Program-made: the position numbers and the translations under genes
Notes under the pieces: generated by a model
The model's database searches: none
What the model was told of the DNA's origin: nothing
What the model saw: only the letters and a program-made list of their open reading frames with translations
Origin: Vicugna vicugna
Taxonomy: Eukaryota
Length of the DNA: 64,000 bases
Assembly: GCA_013265495.1 (NCBI GenBank)
Contig: MU062317.1
Span: forward strand, 1,610,229-1,674,228
Direction of reading: 5' to 3'
Shown here: positions 26,151-37,586 of the stretch, piece after piece
How positions within the stretch are numbered: position 1 is the stretch's first letter
How the letters are laid out: every line of letters starts with the position of its first letter

Positions 26151-29100
26151 AAAGCTTGGTCTCTGCTTGACTTACATGCCCCGCAGGAAGAAAGCCTGAG
26201 ACGGTCCCTCCCAGCTCATCTTCGGGATTGGCTGACTGTCCCCTCTGGGCCAGGCACCCCCTCAGGCTCTGGGGACACCCTGGGGCAGAGTGCAGCACCC
26301 CAGCCCTACACTTCCCACCGGAGGGGTAGGAAAACCCAGCAGGGCGACAGGGTGAGGGGAGGGCCAGGAAGGCTTCTCGGTGGAGAGGACGCCAGAGCAG
26401 AGCCTGAGCATCACAGGAGTTGGGGCATTGGGACAGAGGGAGGGCCTATATGGCTGTGGGAAGGGCAGCAGCAGAGGAGGGAGTCGGGGCCTGGGGGAGG
26501 TGGGGGCCAGCATTGGGACTTTGCAGTGGCCACTGCCCCTCCTTTGCCACCCTCGGCTATCCTGTGGCTTTCACGCTCTTACAGTGAAGGCTGAAGGTTG
26601 TGCCGGCTGGTCCCGGACATCGACGCCTGCCCCTCTGCAGCTGGGAGGAGGTGCCTCGAGGAGGCCAAGGGTATCCTTGTCCCCACACCAGTGAGGGGGC
26701 CCCGCGCCCGCTCTGCTGCCCGAGGGACCCTGCCATGTTTCCCAAGCAACTGTTTCAATCCAGCCTGTCTGCCTGGCACTCCGCACACCCACGAATGTCA
26801 CCGCCCAGCTCCAGGAAGGCTTGCCTGCTCAGCACACGCAGGCTAGCACGTGTGGCCAGCACAACCAGGAGTCCGGGCTCCGGGGAGCAGGCAGCCCAGG
26901 CCTCGAGGCTGGCCGGCCAGTGAGCAGGCGCTGGCCAGGCCATTGGAGTTGGGGCCGGCCTCACCGGGAGACTGGAGGCTGTGCTGCTCTCCGGGGCTGG
27001 TTGTGCTGGGTGGCCTCAGGCCCGAGACATCTTGTCCCCACTTGCTGGGTGCCCCGAAGGGAAAACCCGCCCCTGAGAAATCAAAGGAGGGTCTGGGGAA
27101 TCCAAGTGGGGCTTGGCCCAGGCCAGCAGGCTCCAGGCTGGGGTCCAGCTGACAGGGTTTGCCTTGCAGGGCCGCCTTGGAGGAGAGGCAGCAAACCAGC
27201 AGCAGCAGCACCCGTCAGCGGGCAGGCCTGCTCTGCAGGGGGCGGGGGGAGGCAGCAAGCTCATACCGCGGCTCTGAGGACCTTCCGTGGTGCTGGAAGG
27301 CGCTGGGAGGTGCAGGCTCCCAAGCAGCTGGCTGCAGATGTCACCCTGATTCTGGGATGGGTGCCTTGGAGGGGAGGGGGCATCTGGTCATCACCCACAA
27401 ACGTATCACTTTCAGTGGCCAAAGCCAGAGAAAGACAGGGGGAAGGGCCTCCCAGCTGGGCCAGTCCTGTGCTGCAGGGTGGGGCCGCAACACCCCCGCC
27501 CACCGAGCACTTTCCGCTTCACTGGAGGGGTGCCTTCTCCAAAACGCTGAAGGATTCTTTGTAAACATGCATTTTGGCTTGTAGAAAACTTGTTTCCGCA
27601 GTGCCAGTGTCAGTCTCCATCAGAAATTATTTTCCAATAAAGCCCCACTGCCTGTCACTGCTTCCGAGAGCTCGGGGAAATGTGAGTCTTTGAGTTAAGT
27701 TCAACTTTTAAATTTCCTCCAGCCCCACCACTGCCACTGTGTCTTGCTGATAATGCTGGGACAAGGTGGGTCTCTCGGGGTACACAGTGCTCCCCTTCCA
27801 CCTCCAGGTCCCTGTGCAGGCTGGGCCGGCGGGTGGGCAGCTGTCGGAAAGCGGCGGCTGAGGGGGTGCGGGCAGGGCGTCAGCACCTGCCGTGTGCTTG
27901 GCACAGGGGTCACCCAGCTCTGCTCTTGGTGGCAGTGTCCCAGGCTGTCGGTCCCGGTGGTCATGGAGGGAGTTAATCCCTAGCAGCTGGATGAAACCAG
28001 AGAGGAGACATCCCCAGGAGACAGATTTTACATGGGGCTCTCCCCCCTGTTAGAAGTCAAGGGTAAGTGAAGCCCACAGGGGTGGCTAAGGCCAAAGGAG
28101 ACTGGGTGCCCCTCACCTCCTGTGCCCTAAGCTGGAGTGAGACTTAGCCAGGCCCTGACAGCCCCCAGGGCCCGCACCCACTCCGGGTGTCTGCCCTCAG
28201 GCCACGCCATGGTTCTGTGTCCACCTGAGACCCTCCCTGCTCCTGCCTTGGGGTGAGGTCTGTAGAGAAAGGGGCTGGGACACTAAGACCCTGATGCTCT
28301 GCTTCCGGGGTCTTCACAGAGCTGGGCGCATGCTGGCCTTCCTCGGGGAGGCCTGGCCATTTCTCCTGGAAGTCCCCACAGCTGGCTCTCAGAAGTGTGG
28401 TGACCCTTCCAGAAAAGGCCAGCAGGACTGTGTCTGGGAACTGTAGTCACAAGCTATTTGGGAGTCGCGTCCTCAGTCAGTTGGCACCTGCCATGTACCA
28501 GGCCTGGAGCCCCCTCACCTTGGCTTCTCTCACCTGGGAGCCGGCCCAGCTGCACGTCACCCACTCCAGGACCCCGAGACCACCCACTTCTGCAGCTCCC
28601 GCTGCCCACACGTGCACTGCCTCCCAGCAGCTGGCAGCCTCCAGGGGTGAGGACCCCTGGGGGTCCCTTAGCATCTAGAACAGTCCCTGCCGCAGGAAGC
28701 CACTTAGGGACATTTGGGGGAATGAGTTCGCCCCACCCTGGAGGTCAGAGTGGGCACGCACGGAGGATGAACGGCCACCTGCGTGGTCTCTCTTTGGGGA
28801 CTGGGGTCCGCAGGCTGGAGTGTGCCACAGGGGCTGCCCAGGACCCGAGGTGGGGGGAGGCAGGACTGTGCCATGAAGTGGTGGGGAGGGGAGGAGGCTG
28901 CAGCAGCTAACCCTAACCCACAGAGGGCGGTGCAGAGCAAAGCCCCAGAGCTGCGGGGCTGGGGAGAGGCGAAGGGTCCGAGCGTCCCGGGCGGCATCTG
29001 TCTGTGGTCTGGAGAGGAACGGCCCAGCTCGCTGCCCCCTGCGCGCCGGCCCGCACAGCCCAGCCCCGCCTCGGGGCTGGGGGAGGGGGAAGGCGCACAA

Positions 29101-29840
29101 GGAGCCAGCTCTGCGCTGGCAGGAGTGGCTGAGGGTCCCTGGGCGTCTGCTGCCACCAAGTGGTAGACTGTATGGTCATCAGGGGAAAGCGCCGAGGATA
29201 TCAGGGAAGCCCCTCCCAGGCTGCCACCCCTGGCCCAGGATCCGGGGCCCTGGACTTGGTCTTCTCATTTCTTTATTTCTTAATTAAGGAAGCTAATCTC
29301 CTCCCTCTTGTGTAAGGAGATGGCGACATCCTGGGAACAACAGAGCTAGAAACCCAGGCTCACAGCCGTCCACGCGGAGGAAGGTGGCAGAGCAGGGACA
29401 CGCCTGGACGCCGGCGGGTGGGGAGACGCCGGGACCCCCTAGCTGTCTTCCCGCCCAGCTCCTCCTCCTCGGAGGCCCCTGGGGACCCCGGCCTGAAGGG
29501 TGGAAAATGGCTCCTCAGGGCAAGGCAGCCTTCCCCACCTCAGTCCCAGCTCCGTGGTGGGGGGAGGAGCCCCGGCCTCCAGCTCCCCAAAGGCTGATAG
29601 TGTCTCGGAGGGGAGGTCACCTCACGGCCTGAGGAGCAGGTCGCGGGGCCCCCCAGGCTCGGGTCCAGCCCCCAGGCCGGGGGCGGTCTGCGTCGGGCTG
29701 GCGGGGAGTTGGGGTCCAACCGCGCACGTAGGGCTGTGGGTGGTCGGGGAGGGGGGCCGGGGCCGGGCCGGGCCGGGACGCCGGGGCGGGGTCCGGAGCG
29801 GGGGCCGCTCACTTCCGCCCGCCGCGCGGGCTCCGGGCGG

Positions 29841-29902
29841 ATGGAGGCGGCGCGGAGGCCGCGGCGGAGCCTGAGCCGCAGGAGGCCGCCGTCGGGGGTC
29901 GG
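29841..29902 (+). CDS. FAAP20: FAAP20 coding exon 1 (62 nt, MEAARRPRRSLSRRRPPSGV-G)
   Basis: The N-terminus resembles human MEAARRPRLGLSRRRPP. Donor GG|GTGAGG, phase 2. Confidence 0.9.
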
Positions 29903-30130
29903 GTGAGGCCGGGGGCTGAGGGCGGCGCGGGCGCGGGGAGCGGCCGGGTGGGGCCCTAGTGTCCCCCGGCCGAGCGGTAGCTGGTGTCACGCCCCCACGT
30001 GCTTCCCGGAACCTGCCAGGGTCCCTCCCCTGCCGCTGAGTCCATCCCCGCTCCTCCCGCTGCCGCCGCCAACCCCCCTCCCCGCTCTTCCGGGCCTCCG
30101 GGGCTGAGTTCTCGCCCCCTGCCGTCCCAG

Positions 30131-30266
30131 GCCCCCGAGCGCCGCCCCTGGATCCCACCCGGACGGCGGCGAGTGTGCGCGGCTGTGGGATGAGCTGTTC
30201 CGCGTGGCGAGCGCAGATCTGAACGTGCACGGCGAGCTGCCGCCGCTCCCCGCGTTCCCCCGCCAG
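30131..30266 (+). CDS. FAAP20: FAAP20 coding exon 2 (136 nt, ...RLWDELFRVASADLNVHGELPPLPAFPRQ; FANCA-binding region)
   Basis: Acceptor tcccag|G and donor CAG|GTGTGC. The conserved RLW.EL and LPAFP motifs are in frame with exon 1; cumulative CDS 198 nt. Confidence 0.88.
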
Positions 30267-30353
30267 GTGTGCGGTGACCCAGCGCGCGGCCTCGGGTCTC
30301 GGGTTGGGGAGGGGCGGGCGCGGCCGGCGCGATCCGACGACTCGGTCTTGCAG

Positions 30354-30601
30354 GAGCCCATGCGCAGCCCCGAGCAGGCGCCACCGGAGAGCTTCACGGT
30401 GGGAACCAAGACCTTCTCCTGGACACCCTTCCCGCCCGTCCCCGAGCGAGGCAGGGGCCGGGTCCGCTCCTGCCCGGTGTCCCCCCAACACCACCCCGCG
30501 CGTGAGCCCCGCGGGACCTCCAGCGCCGAGGAGCAGCCGTCCTTGGAGGGGACGCCGACCCTGCGGAGCTGCCCCATGTGCCAAGCCGACTTCTCTCCCG
30601 G
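30354..30601 (+). CDS. FAAP20: FAAP20 coding exon 3 (248 nt, EPMRSPEQAPPESFTVGTKTFSWTPFPP...LRSCPMCQADFSP)
   Basis: Acceptor cttgcag|GAG and donor GG|GTGAGT. Contains the FTVG.KTFSWTPFPP motif and the CPMC half of the UBZ. Confidence 0.93.
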
Positions 30602-33600
30602 GTGAGTGGGCCTTCCCTCCCCTCTGCCTTTACCTGGTGGCCCTTGCCATTTGGAAACCACAGCCAGGTTTAGAAGGCTAGGGAGCTTGAGCTCGACTTT
30701 GGCATTTTAATGTAACATTTTGTGCTTAGAACGTTGGCAAAGGGCAGTGACTGCGTGAGGATCAGCCAGAGGACGCAGTGCTACGGATCTGGGGGTCGAC
30801 CTGCTGGCTGACAGGTCTGGGGTCTCCTGACCTCCACCCCTCAGACTCTACAGCAGGAGGGTAGGGAGGCTCTACCTGGGTCCACCCTGACATCCGGGAA
30901 CCTGGTGGTGACTGACTTCCCGGGGCTGAGACCACCTCCAGGTTCAGGTGGGCTGTAGGTCACTGAGCACCTTCCCAGAGGTAGATTGCTGGTTTTAAAA
31001 GTGAAAATCGTCTTTGTCTAGAGATGTTTTTTTTCTTTCAAAAAATCAAATGTATACATTATACCCTTTCTAAGTAAGGATGATGGAATTCGATTTTGAT
31101 GAGAAGTCCCAGCTGCTCAGCTTTGGGCCACAAGTCACACAGCCGAGGACATAGGTGTGGGGGGATCATGGGGGTCAGGGTGGAAGAAGCTTGGTCGGGC
31201 AAAGGGAATGGACAGCAGGTTTCGGTAGTCAGACCCGTTCTGCACTGGACATCCAGTGGCCTGGAGACGTGTGTTGTTACGAGCGCTGCCCCTCGTCTTC
31301 CAGAAACAAAACAGCCCCGGAGGGTGAAGGGAGTGGCTTCTAGAGCTAGAAGCTGTCCAACCAGTTATCAAAACATGTGGCAGAAAACCGCGGCACAGGA
31401 GAGAAGAAACCCTGACTTAAGTCAAACATCCAGGCTCCTCCAGGCAGTGAGGTTTATTTCATTGGAACCTGACGTGGGGTGGGCACTGCCTCTCCACACC
31501 GCTCCCAGATGGCTCACGGGGGGGGTGGGGAGCGGAGAGGGCGAGGTGGTGGCTGTCCTCAGGGCGCCTGTGCCCGGGCGAAGCCCCCAGCCGGCACAGG
31601 TCGGGCTGGGCGGGACAGGAGGTGCTGCAGCCGCGCTGAGGTGCCTGGTGCTCTGAGTAGCCCTGGAGAATCTGCAAGCCATCGCCAGACTCAGCGTCTC
31701 GCCCAGCACCCTCCTGCCTGCACTGATGCCTCAGCATGGCTGTGGCTGCAGGTGCCGACTCCCCTGCCCTTCCTGAGGGCTCGGTGAGCACTTCTTAAAA
31801 CGCAAAGTCCCCTTGGATCACACCTGTCAAAAGACATCAAGGAGCAGAAACACCTTTGGAAGCCCTGGAGGGAGGGCAGCTTTCCTGGCAGAGCCCTTGG
31901 GTCCCTGATTCTGTCGGGGCACCCTGGCCCCTCCTCCCGTTCCAGGGGAGCCTTTTGTCCTTGGATCGCTTACTTTCCTACCAAGAAAGGATTCCCAGAG
32001 ACACCAGAGGGAAGTCGGAAAGTTCCGGTTCTGAGCTGTTTCAGCAGTTAGATTGAGGCTTGGCAGAGTGCCTTGGCTTTTCAGAGTAGGGGGAAGTGCC
32101 GTTGGGGCTGGGTCTCTGCATGCCTGGAATGCTTCCAGCGTGGCCCTCCTGTGATTAAAAAGGAGAGGCCACACCCCCTCAAGGCTGCAGGATAACCTGG
32201 AGACAACAGAAGTCCCCATGCCGGATGCAGGGGCTCACACCCCTCAGGACCCTAGGGCAGGGAGTCTGGGCCCTGGGAGGGTCCAGGTTAGGGCTGGACA
32301 TAGACATGCGACTGTTGTGTTGTCTCGTGATTGTCTCTAGAAAAACACTTGCTTTCAGTGATGCTCGGGAATTATTTGACCAGAGACAGATGCCATCAGA
32401 GCAGCGGGAGCGGTGGTGCTGGTCAGCAGGAGGCGCCAGCAGCCTGGACGCCTCTGGCAGAGCAGTGGGATGAGCTCTCTTCTTTCTAGAAGTCTTGGTG
32501 TCTGCGGGTCACTCAGAACCACTTGTCCTCCAATGTGAGGGCAGCCACAAAGTGGACTCGATGGCCCCGTGTGAATGCCGTCCCCTCGCTGCACGCTCAG
32601 ATACTCTGTTTTCTGCTACCCGGGAGTCACAGAGGCGGTTGGGAGATTAGCTCCTCCAGGCCAAGTGATGTGAAGACGTGGAAACCCAAGTGTGAGCCGT
32701 GTCCCCGTGTCTATGTCGATGCCCAGGCGGGGGTCTCTCCAGCTCCGAGGCCCCTTAAGCCCCTGGGTACCTGTTCATGTTCAGAAGGTTCAGGAGGATC
32801 GCGGGCTGAGCCCCGTCTCCCGCAGCCGTGCCGGCCTCCACACCTGGGTGCGCGCGCGGGTGGGAGGCAAGGCTGCGGTGATGCCAGCTGAGGCGGAAGC
32901 ACAGTGCGTGAGAGACCCAGCGACAGCTCTTTTGGGTGGGGGTCTGAAGGAATCCCGGAGGGTGCCTCCCACCCGTGGGACACTGTCTGGAGATCCCTGG
33001 ACAAGGTGACCTGGTCCGGGTCTTAGGGTGTCTGGCAGCCTCGGAGGAAGCACATGCAGGGGCAGGCTCCAGGATGGGCCGAGGGGCCCCCGGGGCCTCA
33101 GGGCGGCACGGGCCGGCATCCGTGAGTGCTGCAGGGGCAGCGGAAGGCACCCACGCCAGTGCGGCTCCGGCTCCGGCGAGCAGCAGTGCGGGGGGTTAGG
33201 TTGGGTGAACGGCCGGCGCCTTAGTCCTGGGGTGGCTGTGGAAGGACGTCATTCCTGACTTGGTGCCTGGACGCAGTGGCTCCAGGGAAGCGGCTCTCCA
33301 TCCTGGCTGCTGAACTCTGGCTGGTTGACTAGGACAGCCCTGGAGGCGGCGGAGGACAGACCACGGCGGGAGGTCTCTGCAGGTGGAGAGAGGGGCACAG
33401 GCTGGCCGGCCAGCCGCCTCTGCGGAGGGCCCTGCAGCCTCGGAGGATCCTGGCAGAACACGGAGTGGATGTGATGACCACGTGTGAATGCCACGTGTGG
33501 ATCCCGGTGTTTGGCCAGGACTCTGGCTAGGCCCCTAGGCAGCCTCTCAGCCCGGCTGCTGGAAGAGCCTCGTTGGGAGAGTGGTTGGCGTGAGACTTGG

Positions 33601-34874
33601 CAGGTGGCTCTGCTCTGTGCAGTGCAGGGTCCCTGGCCACTCTGGTGTGGATGAGCCACAGGAGTGAGTGGCCTTGGGCTGCTGGAGTGGAGCAGAACCC
33701 GAGGGTCCAGGCACTCCCTGCACGTGCCAGGTCGGGGGGCGGGGGCCATGGGGGACAGTCTCAGAGTGGAGAGGGTCCTCACTGGGGCTGCTGGGCCTGT
33801 CCGGGGCACGAGAAGGGGCCTGGACCAATGCTGGCCAACAGCAGGAGGCCTGGGTGCTGAGGGGAGGCCGGCTCCGGGTGGAGCCCAGGTGGCAGGTGGA
33901 CACAGGCCCCTTGGGTCTGGGCTTGAGTCTGGGTGAAGGCGCTCGCTCAGCTCCCCCAGTTCTGCAGGGAGTCACAGCCTCTAGCACAGGGGAGACTGTC
34001 AGTCATCCCTGACCGTCCCTCCTCCCTGGGGTCAGGTGAGGTCAGGGATGGAAGGCACCTGCTCTGTGACATGCATCAGACCTCTCCCCACCCCCGCCAG
34101 ACACTGAGGGGGCTGACCCGCAGGCCTCGGGGCCCCCAGGACCGTGGTTGGCAGCCCACGTTGACTGAATCCTGTCCTCAGAGGAGCCAAGTCCCTCTGA
34201 GTAAAGAACAAATTCCCTGACCTGAGGTGCACACCCCTTTGTCCACTCTGTTCTGCTGCCTTGCAGTGCCTGCTGTCCTGGGACATCCGCCTTCCCGCCT
34301 TCTCTTTTCCAGTTGCCAAGCAGGGTGGTTTGTGTCGAAGGGAAGGGACACCCAGTCACATGCTGCAGACACACCTGATGGAGTTGTCTGCTGACGAGAC
34401 AGCTCCTACCGGGGAGGGCTCCGGGGTTAGGAGGGACTCCACCCTCTACCTGGAGGGGCCCTGGCCGGCCCCCGGCGCTGCGGTCCGGCTGGCCTGTCTG
34501 TCGATGCCTGTACCGCAGGCCAGCTCTCAGGCCCTGCGAGCTGCGAGGTCCTCATGCTGGGAGGGTCCCAGAAGTCCTAGAGGCTCAACCAGACACAGGG
34601 TGTCCCCTGCCAGGCTCAGGGGTGAGCCTGGGAGTGTGTATCTGACAAGCCCTCTGGGCACCCTGCAGACCTGGGAGCTGGGGAACAGGATTTGGAAAGG
34701 CTTTCTGCTTGGTGGGGCCCCTCCTCCTGGACCCTCCCCTTGTTTCTCTCTGGCCGGCCTTTGGTGTGGCTGGCACACCCAGAAAGGGCATGAAAGTGTG
34801 AGACAGGTGCTCCAACCAGGTGCCCTTCTGCGTGGCCAGCTTCTTCTCTGTGAGCGACCCTCTCTTCCTTGCAG

Positions 34875-34947
34875 GCTGGCCCCGTCGGACATCGACAGCC
34901 ATCTGGCTCAGTGCCTGGCGGAGAGCACGGACGACGTGGTGTGGTGA
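34875..34947 (+). CDS. FAAP20: FAAP20 coding exon 4 (73 nt, LAPSDIDSHLAQCLAESTDDVVW*; second half of the UBZ zinc finger)
   Basis: Acceptor ccttgcag|G. The DSHLAQCLAES motif and terminal Trp are present, with TGA at 34945-34947. Total CDS 519 nt = 172 aa. Confidence 0.95.
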
Positions 34948-35021
34948 GCCCTTCCCGGCCCCGCGGCTTCTCCTCCACCTGCGAGACCACGTCCTCTGCT
35001 TCCCGTGCTAAGAAGCTACAC

Positions 35022-35027
35022 ATTAAA
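35022..35027 (+). terminator. Probable FAAP20 polyadenylation signal (ATTAAA)
   Basis: 75 nt after the stop codon and followed by GT-rich sequence (gtgtcagtgtg...ccgtgtgtg). Confidence 0.7.
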
Positions 35028-35229
35028 ACGTGTCAGTGTGAAGTGCTCGTATCTCCGTGTGTGCAGACCGAAGCATTGGGTCCTTTTTCCTCTGTGGCTG
35101 TCGCTGAGCAGAGTGATGGCCAAGGTCGGGAAACGGACAGGGCCGCCTGGCAGAGGACCCGCCTGGGCAGGTTAGCGGGGACAGCCTCACGGGCAGTACG
35201 GGTGTTTGTGCCCGAGTTGGCCCGAGTGC

Positions 35230-35795
35230 GGACATGGTGCTCACTGTGGCGCTCGGTGAAAGATGCCCGTCTGAAAGGCTACGGACTATGCGATTCCAGC
35301 CATAGGACACCCGAGAAAAGGCAGAACTGTGGAGACGATACAGATTGGCGGTTGCCAGAGGTCACTGGGGAGGGAGGGTTAAACAGGCAGAGCACAGGAC
35401 TTTGAGGGCAGTGGAAATACTCCAGGTGGACCACAGCGGTGGATGCGTGAGACACACGTCAAACGTGGGTCCAGACCCACACTCAGTGCCGGTTCAGCAG
35501 CTGTTTTTTAATAGCTTTGTAAAGAAATTCTTTTTTGGTGGAAAATTAAGTTCATTTATTTTTAATGGAGGGACTGGGGACTGAAGCCAGGACCTCCTGC
35601 ATGCTAAGCACACACTCCACCACTGAGCTCTGCCCTCCCCCGATTCATCGGCTGTAACAAATGCACCCTGTGTGGAGAGGGGATGTTGATGGTGGGGAGG
35701 CTGTGGGGGGGGCAGGGATCCGAGACCTCTCTGTACCCACCTGTCACTTTTGCTGTGAACCTAAAACTGCTCTTAAAGTGTTTTTATTAAAATGG
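35230..35795 (+). mobile_element. L1MC-type 3' end interrupted by a SINE
   Basis: ggttgccagaggtcactgggggagggaggg...ggcagagcacaggactttgagggcagtggaaatact and ggggatgttgatggtgggg...ttttgctgtgaacctaaaactgctctt resemble the L1MC 3' consensus. Confidence 0.75.
35555..35641 (-). mobile_element. Short tRNA-derived SINE, camelid-type
   Basis: The minus strand reads ggggagggcagagctcagtggtggagtgtgtgcttagcatgcaggaggtcctggcttcagtccccagtccctccattaaaaataaat: A-box, degenerate B-box and A-rich tail. It resembles a SINE recalled from camel and alpaca genomes. Confidence 0.7.
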
Positions 35796-37580
35796 CTTCA
35801 ACAGCCTTGGCTTCCTGGAGACACTTTTAATGAAAAGAGTAACAACAGTCAGCATTGTCGTTAAAGTTTTTAATGAGTGTGCAAGACAGGAGCGGGCGTG
35901 GCTGTTGGGGACACTCACCCGTGGAGGGAGAGCTGCCAGCCACTCACTCATCGTATAAAACCACCAGGACGCGTCTGCCGCTTTACAATCGTGGCGTCAC
36001 CCGTTTCCAAAAACTGTTCCGAAAGGACACACACCTCGTTGTGACTGGAGCTGTTCGAAAATGTTAGGATTTGTTTCCAAACCCCATCTCGGTACGCCCT
36101 TCACCTTTACATTATGAAACAATTGACTGTGAGATCTCCCTTGACCGTGAGCACAGGTTACACACATGTTTTGTACACGAGCAACCACACTGGTAACCGG
36201 GAAGCTATTTGGCAACATTGGAATAAATGCTGAAGTTTGAGCAAATCCAGAGCCCCTGTACTGTTGGAGCAAAGATGTCACCAACGCAGCAAGTGACCCC
36301 TCTGGGGAGCAGGGGGCTCTGAGGCCACTTGTCACCGCTCCATGGGCACGCTGGGGTCTCCCTCCCCAGGTGACACCAGCAGGTCCCAGTGCTCCCTGGT
36401 CACGAGTGACTGCATAGCCCTCAGGCCCAGCTCTGTGACTGGCGTCCCTGCTGGGCCAACACCCATGAGACCCACAAGTCGGCTCACAGACTGCTCTGTG
36501 TCCCCAGGTTTTGTCTCTGGAGGCAGGTCTTCCTGGTACAACTGGGGGTTGGACGAACGCTGGAAACAAGTCTCCACGTCCCATAGACGCTGCTCTGCAA
36601 CCCAGGGTGGCTCAGGGCGCGAGGGACCTGGGGTCTTGGGGACACCGACCTGGTGCTGCACCACAAGCAGCTGCAGCCTGAGTGTGGGGAGGGGTGGGCT
36701 GCATTTGCAGAACGAGGCCCAGGGGCTGCATGGTGATGCAGGCCATGTGCACACGGAGGATGTCAAGTACTTGTCCCTGGGACTTGGTCCCAATGGCGGA
36801 CAAGAGCCCCGCCAGTGCTCCCGGGGACTCGCCTCACCTGACATGTTGGGGACTTAAAAAACCCAGACGGTTTACCTCTTCCTGGAAAACCCTCAGTTCG
36901 GCTTTTCACCTAAGGAAGGTGACCAAGTGGCAAGTGCCCCTGCAGAGGACACCGGAAGTAGGAGGGGAGGGGAGCCGTGTCAGGAAGGTGCAGGATGGCT
37001 GAGAGCGTCCTGCACTTGCTGCTGAGCTTTAAGGCTGGGGCCCGTCATACACACGTCTCCTTGAAATGCCTAGTTCTGAGTGTCAGCCTTACGGATAAAA
37101 ATGTTTTCCAAAACTCTGATCGGTAACACAAGACATCACGGAAGCACTGCTTCATGTTTCCAGAAATATGTTTTGTGCAGACTGAGTTTTCAATTTGTTT
37201 CTTTTTTCTTTTGGTCTCTGGGTGCTTTGGTGAGCTCCACGCTGCAGAACCTCTAAGATCCACTTTTCCTCACTGGGGTCTACCGCCCTGGTGGGGACCA
37301 GCGGGCCATCTGGTGAAGGTGTGCCTGGGGCGTTAGGCCACATGGCTACTTACACGCTCTGTAGGAAAGTTCTGTTAAATGTTAACAACTGGAACTTACC
37401 GGGGCTTAGAAAATGTTCCAGATTTGTTAAAAATTCTTCACTGCAGTGGATCCCTGCTGCAGGCACCTAAGCTCCCATCCCGCCCACACGCCAACCGCGC
37501 CTCCTCCGTGCCTGCGACGTGGGCAGGCGCCACGCGCGGAAAAAAGGCATGAGAGGGAAGCTTCGACAGCATCGGGACAC

Positions 37581-37586
37581 TTTATT
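37581..37586 (-). terminator. PRKCZ polyadenylation signal (AATAAA)
   Basis: tttatt on the plus strand, ~340 nt past the PRKCZ stop codon. Confidence 0.85.

Larger units (their letters stand above)
29600..30620. promoter_or_regulatory. FAAP20 promoter CpG island with GC box (29783-29791) and ETS/GABP-type CACTTCCG (29810-29817)
   Basis: CpG-dense. The motifs were read directly, within 60 bp upstream of the ATG at 29841. Confidence 0.8.

Noticed and set aside
29722-29730. TACGTG hypoxia-response-like motif in the FAAP20 promoter
   Set aside because: A single hexamer in a CpG island has no discriminating power without occupancy data.
29903-30130. FAAP20 intron 1 is also a multiple of 3 (228 nt)
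   Set aside because: Retention hits TGA at 29904-29906 immediately, so no in-frame isoform results.
29622-30584. 320-aa minus-strand ORF opposite FAAP20 exons 1-3
   Set aside because: CpG-island antisense shadow with no homology recognised.
35555-35641. tRNA-like sequence
   Set aside because: The B-box is degenerate, the acceptor stem is not formed and it has an A-rich tail; it is a SINE, not a tRNA gene.
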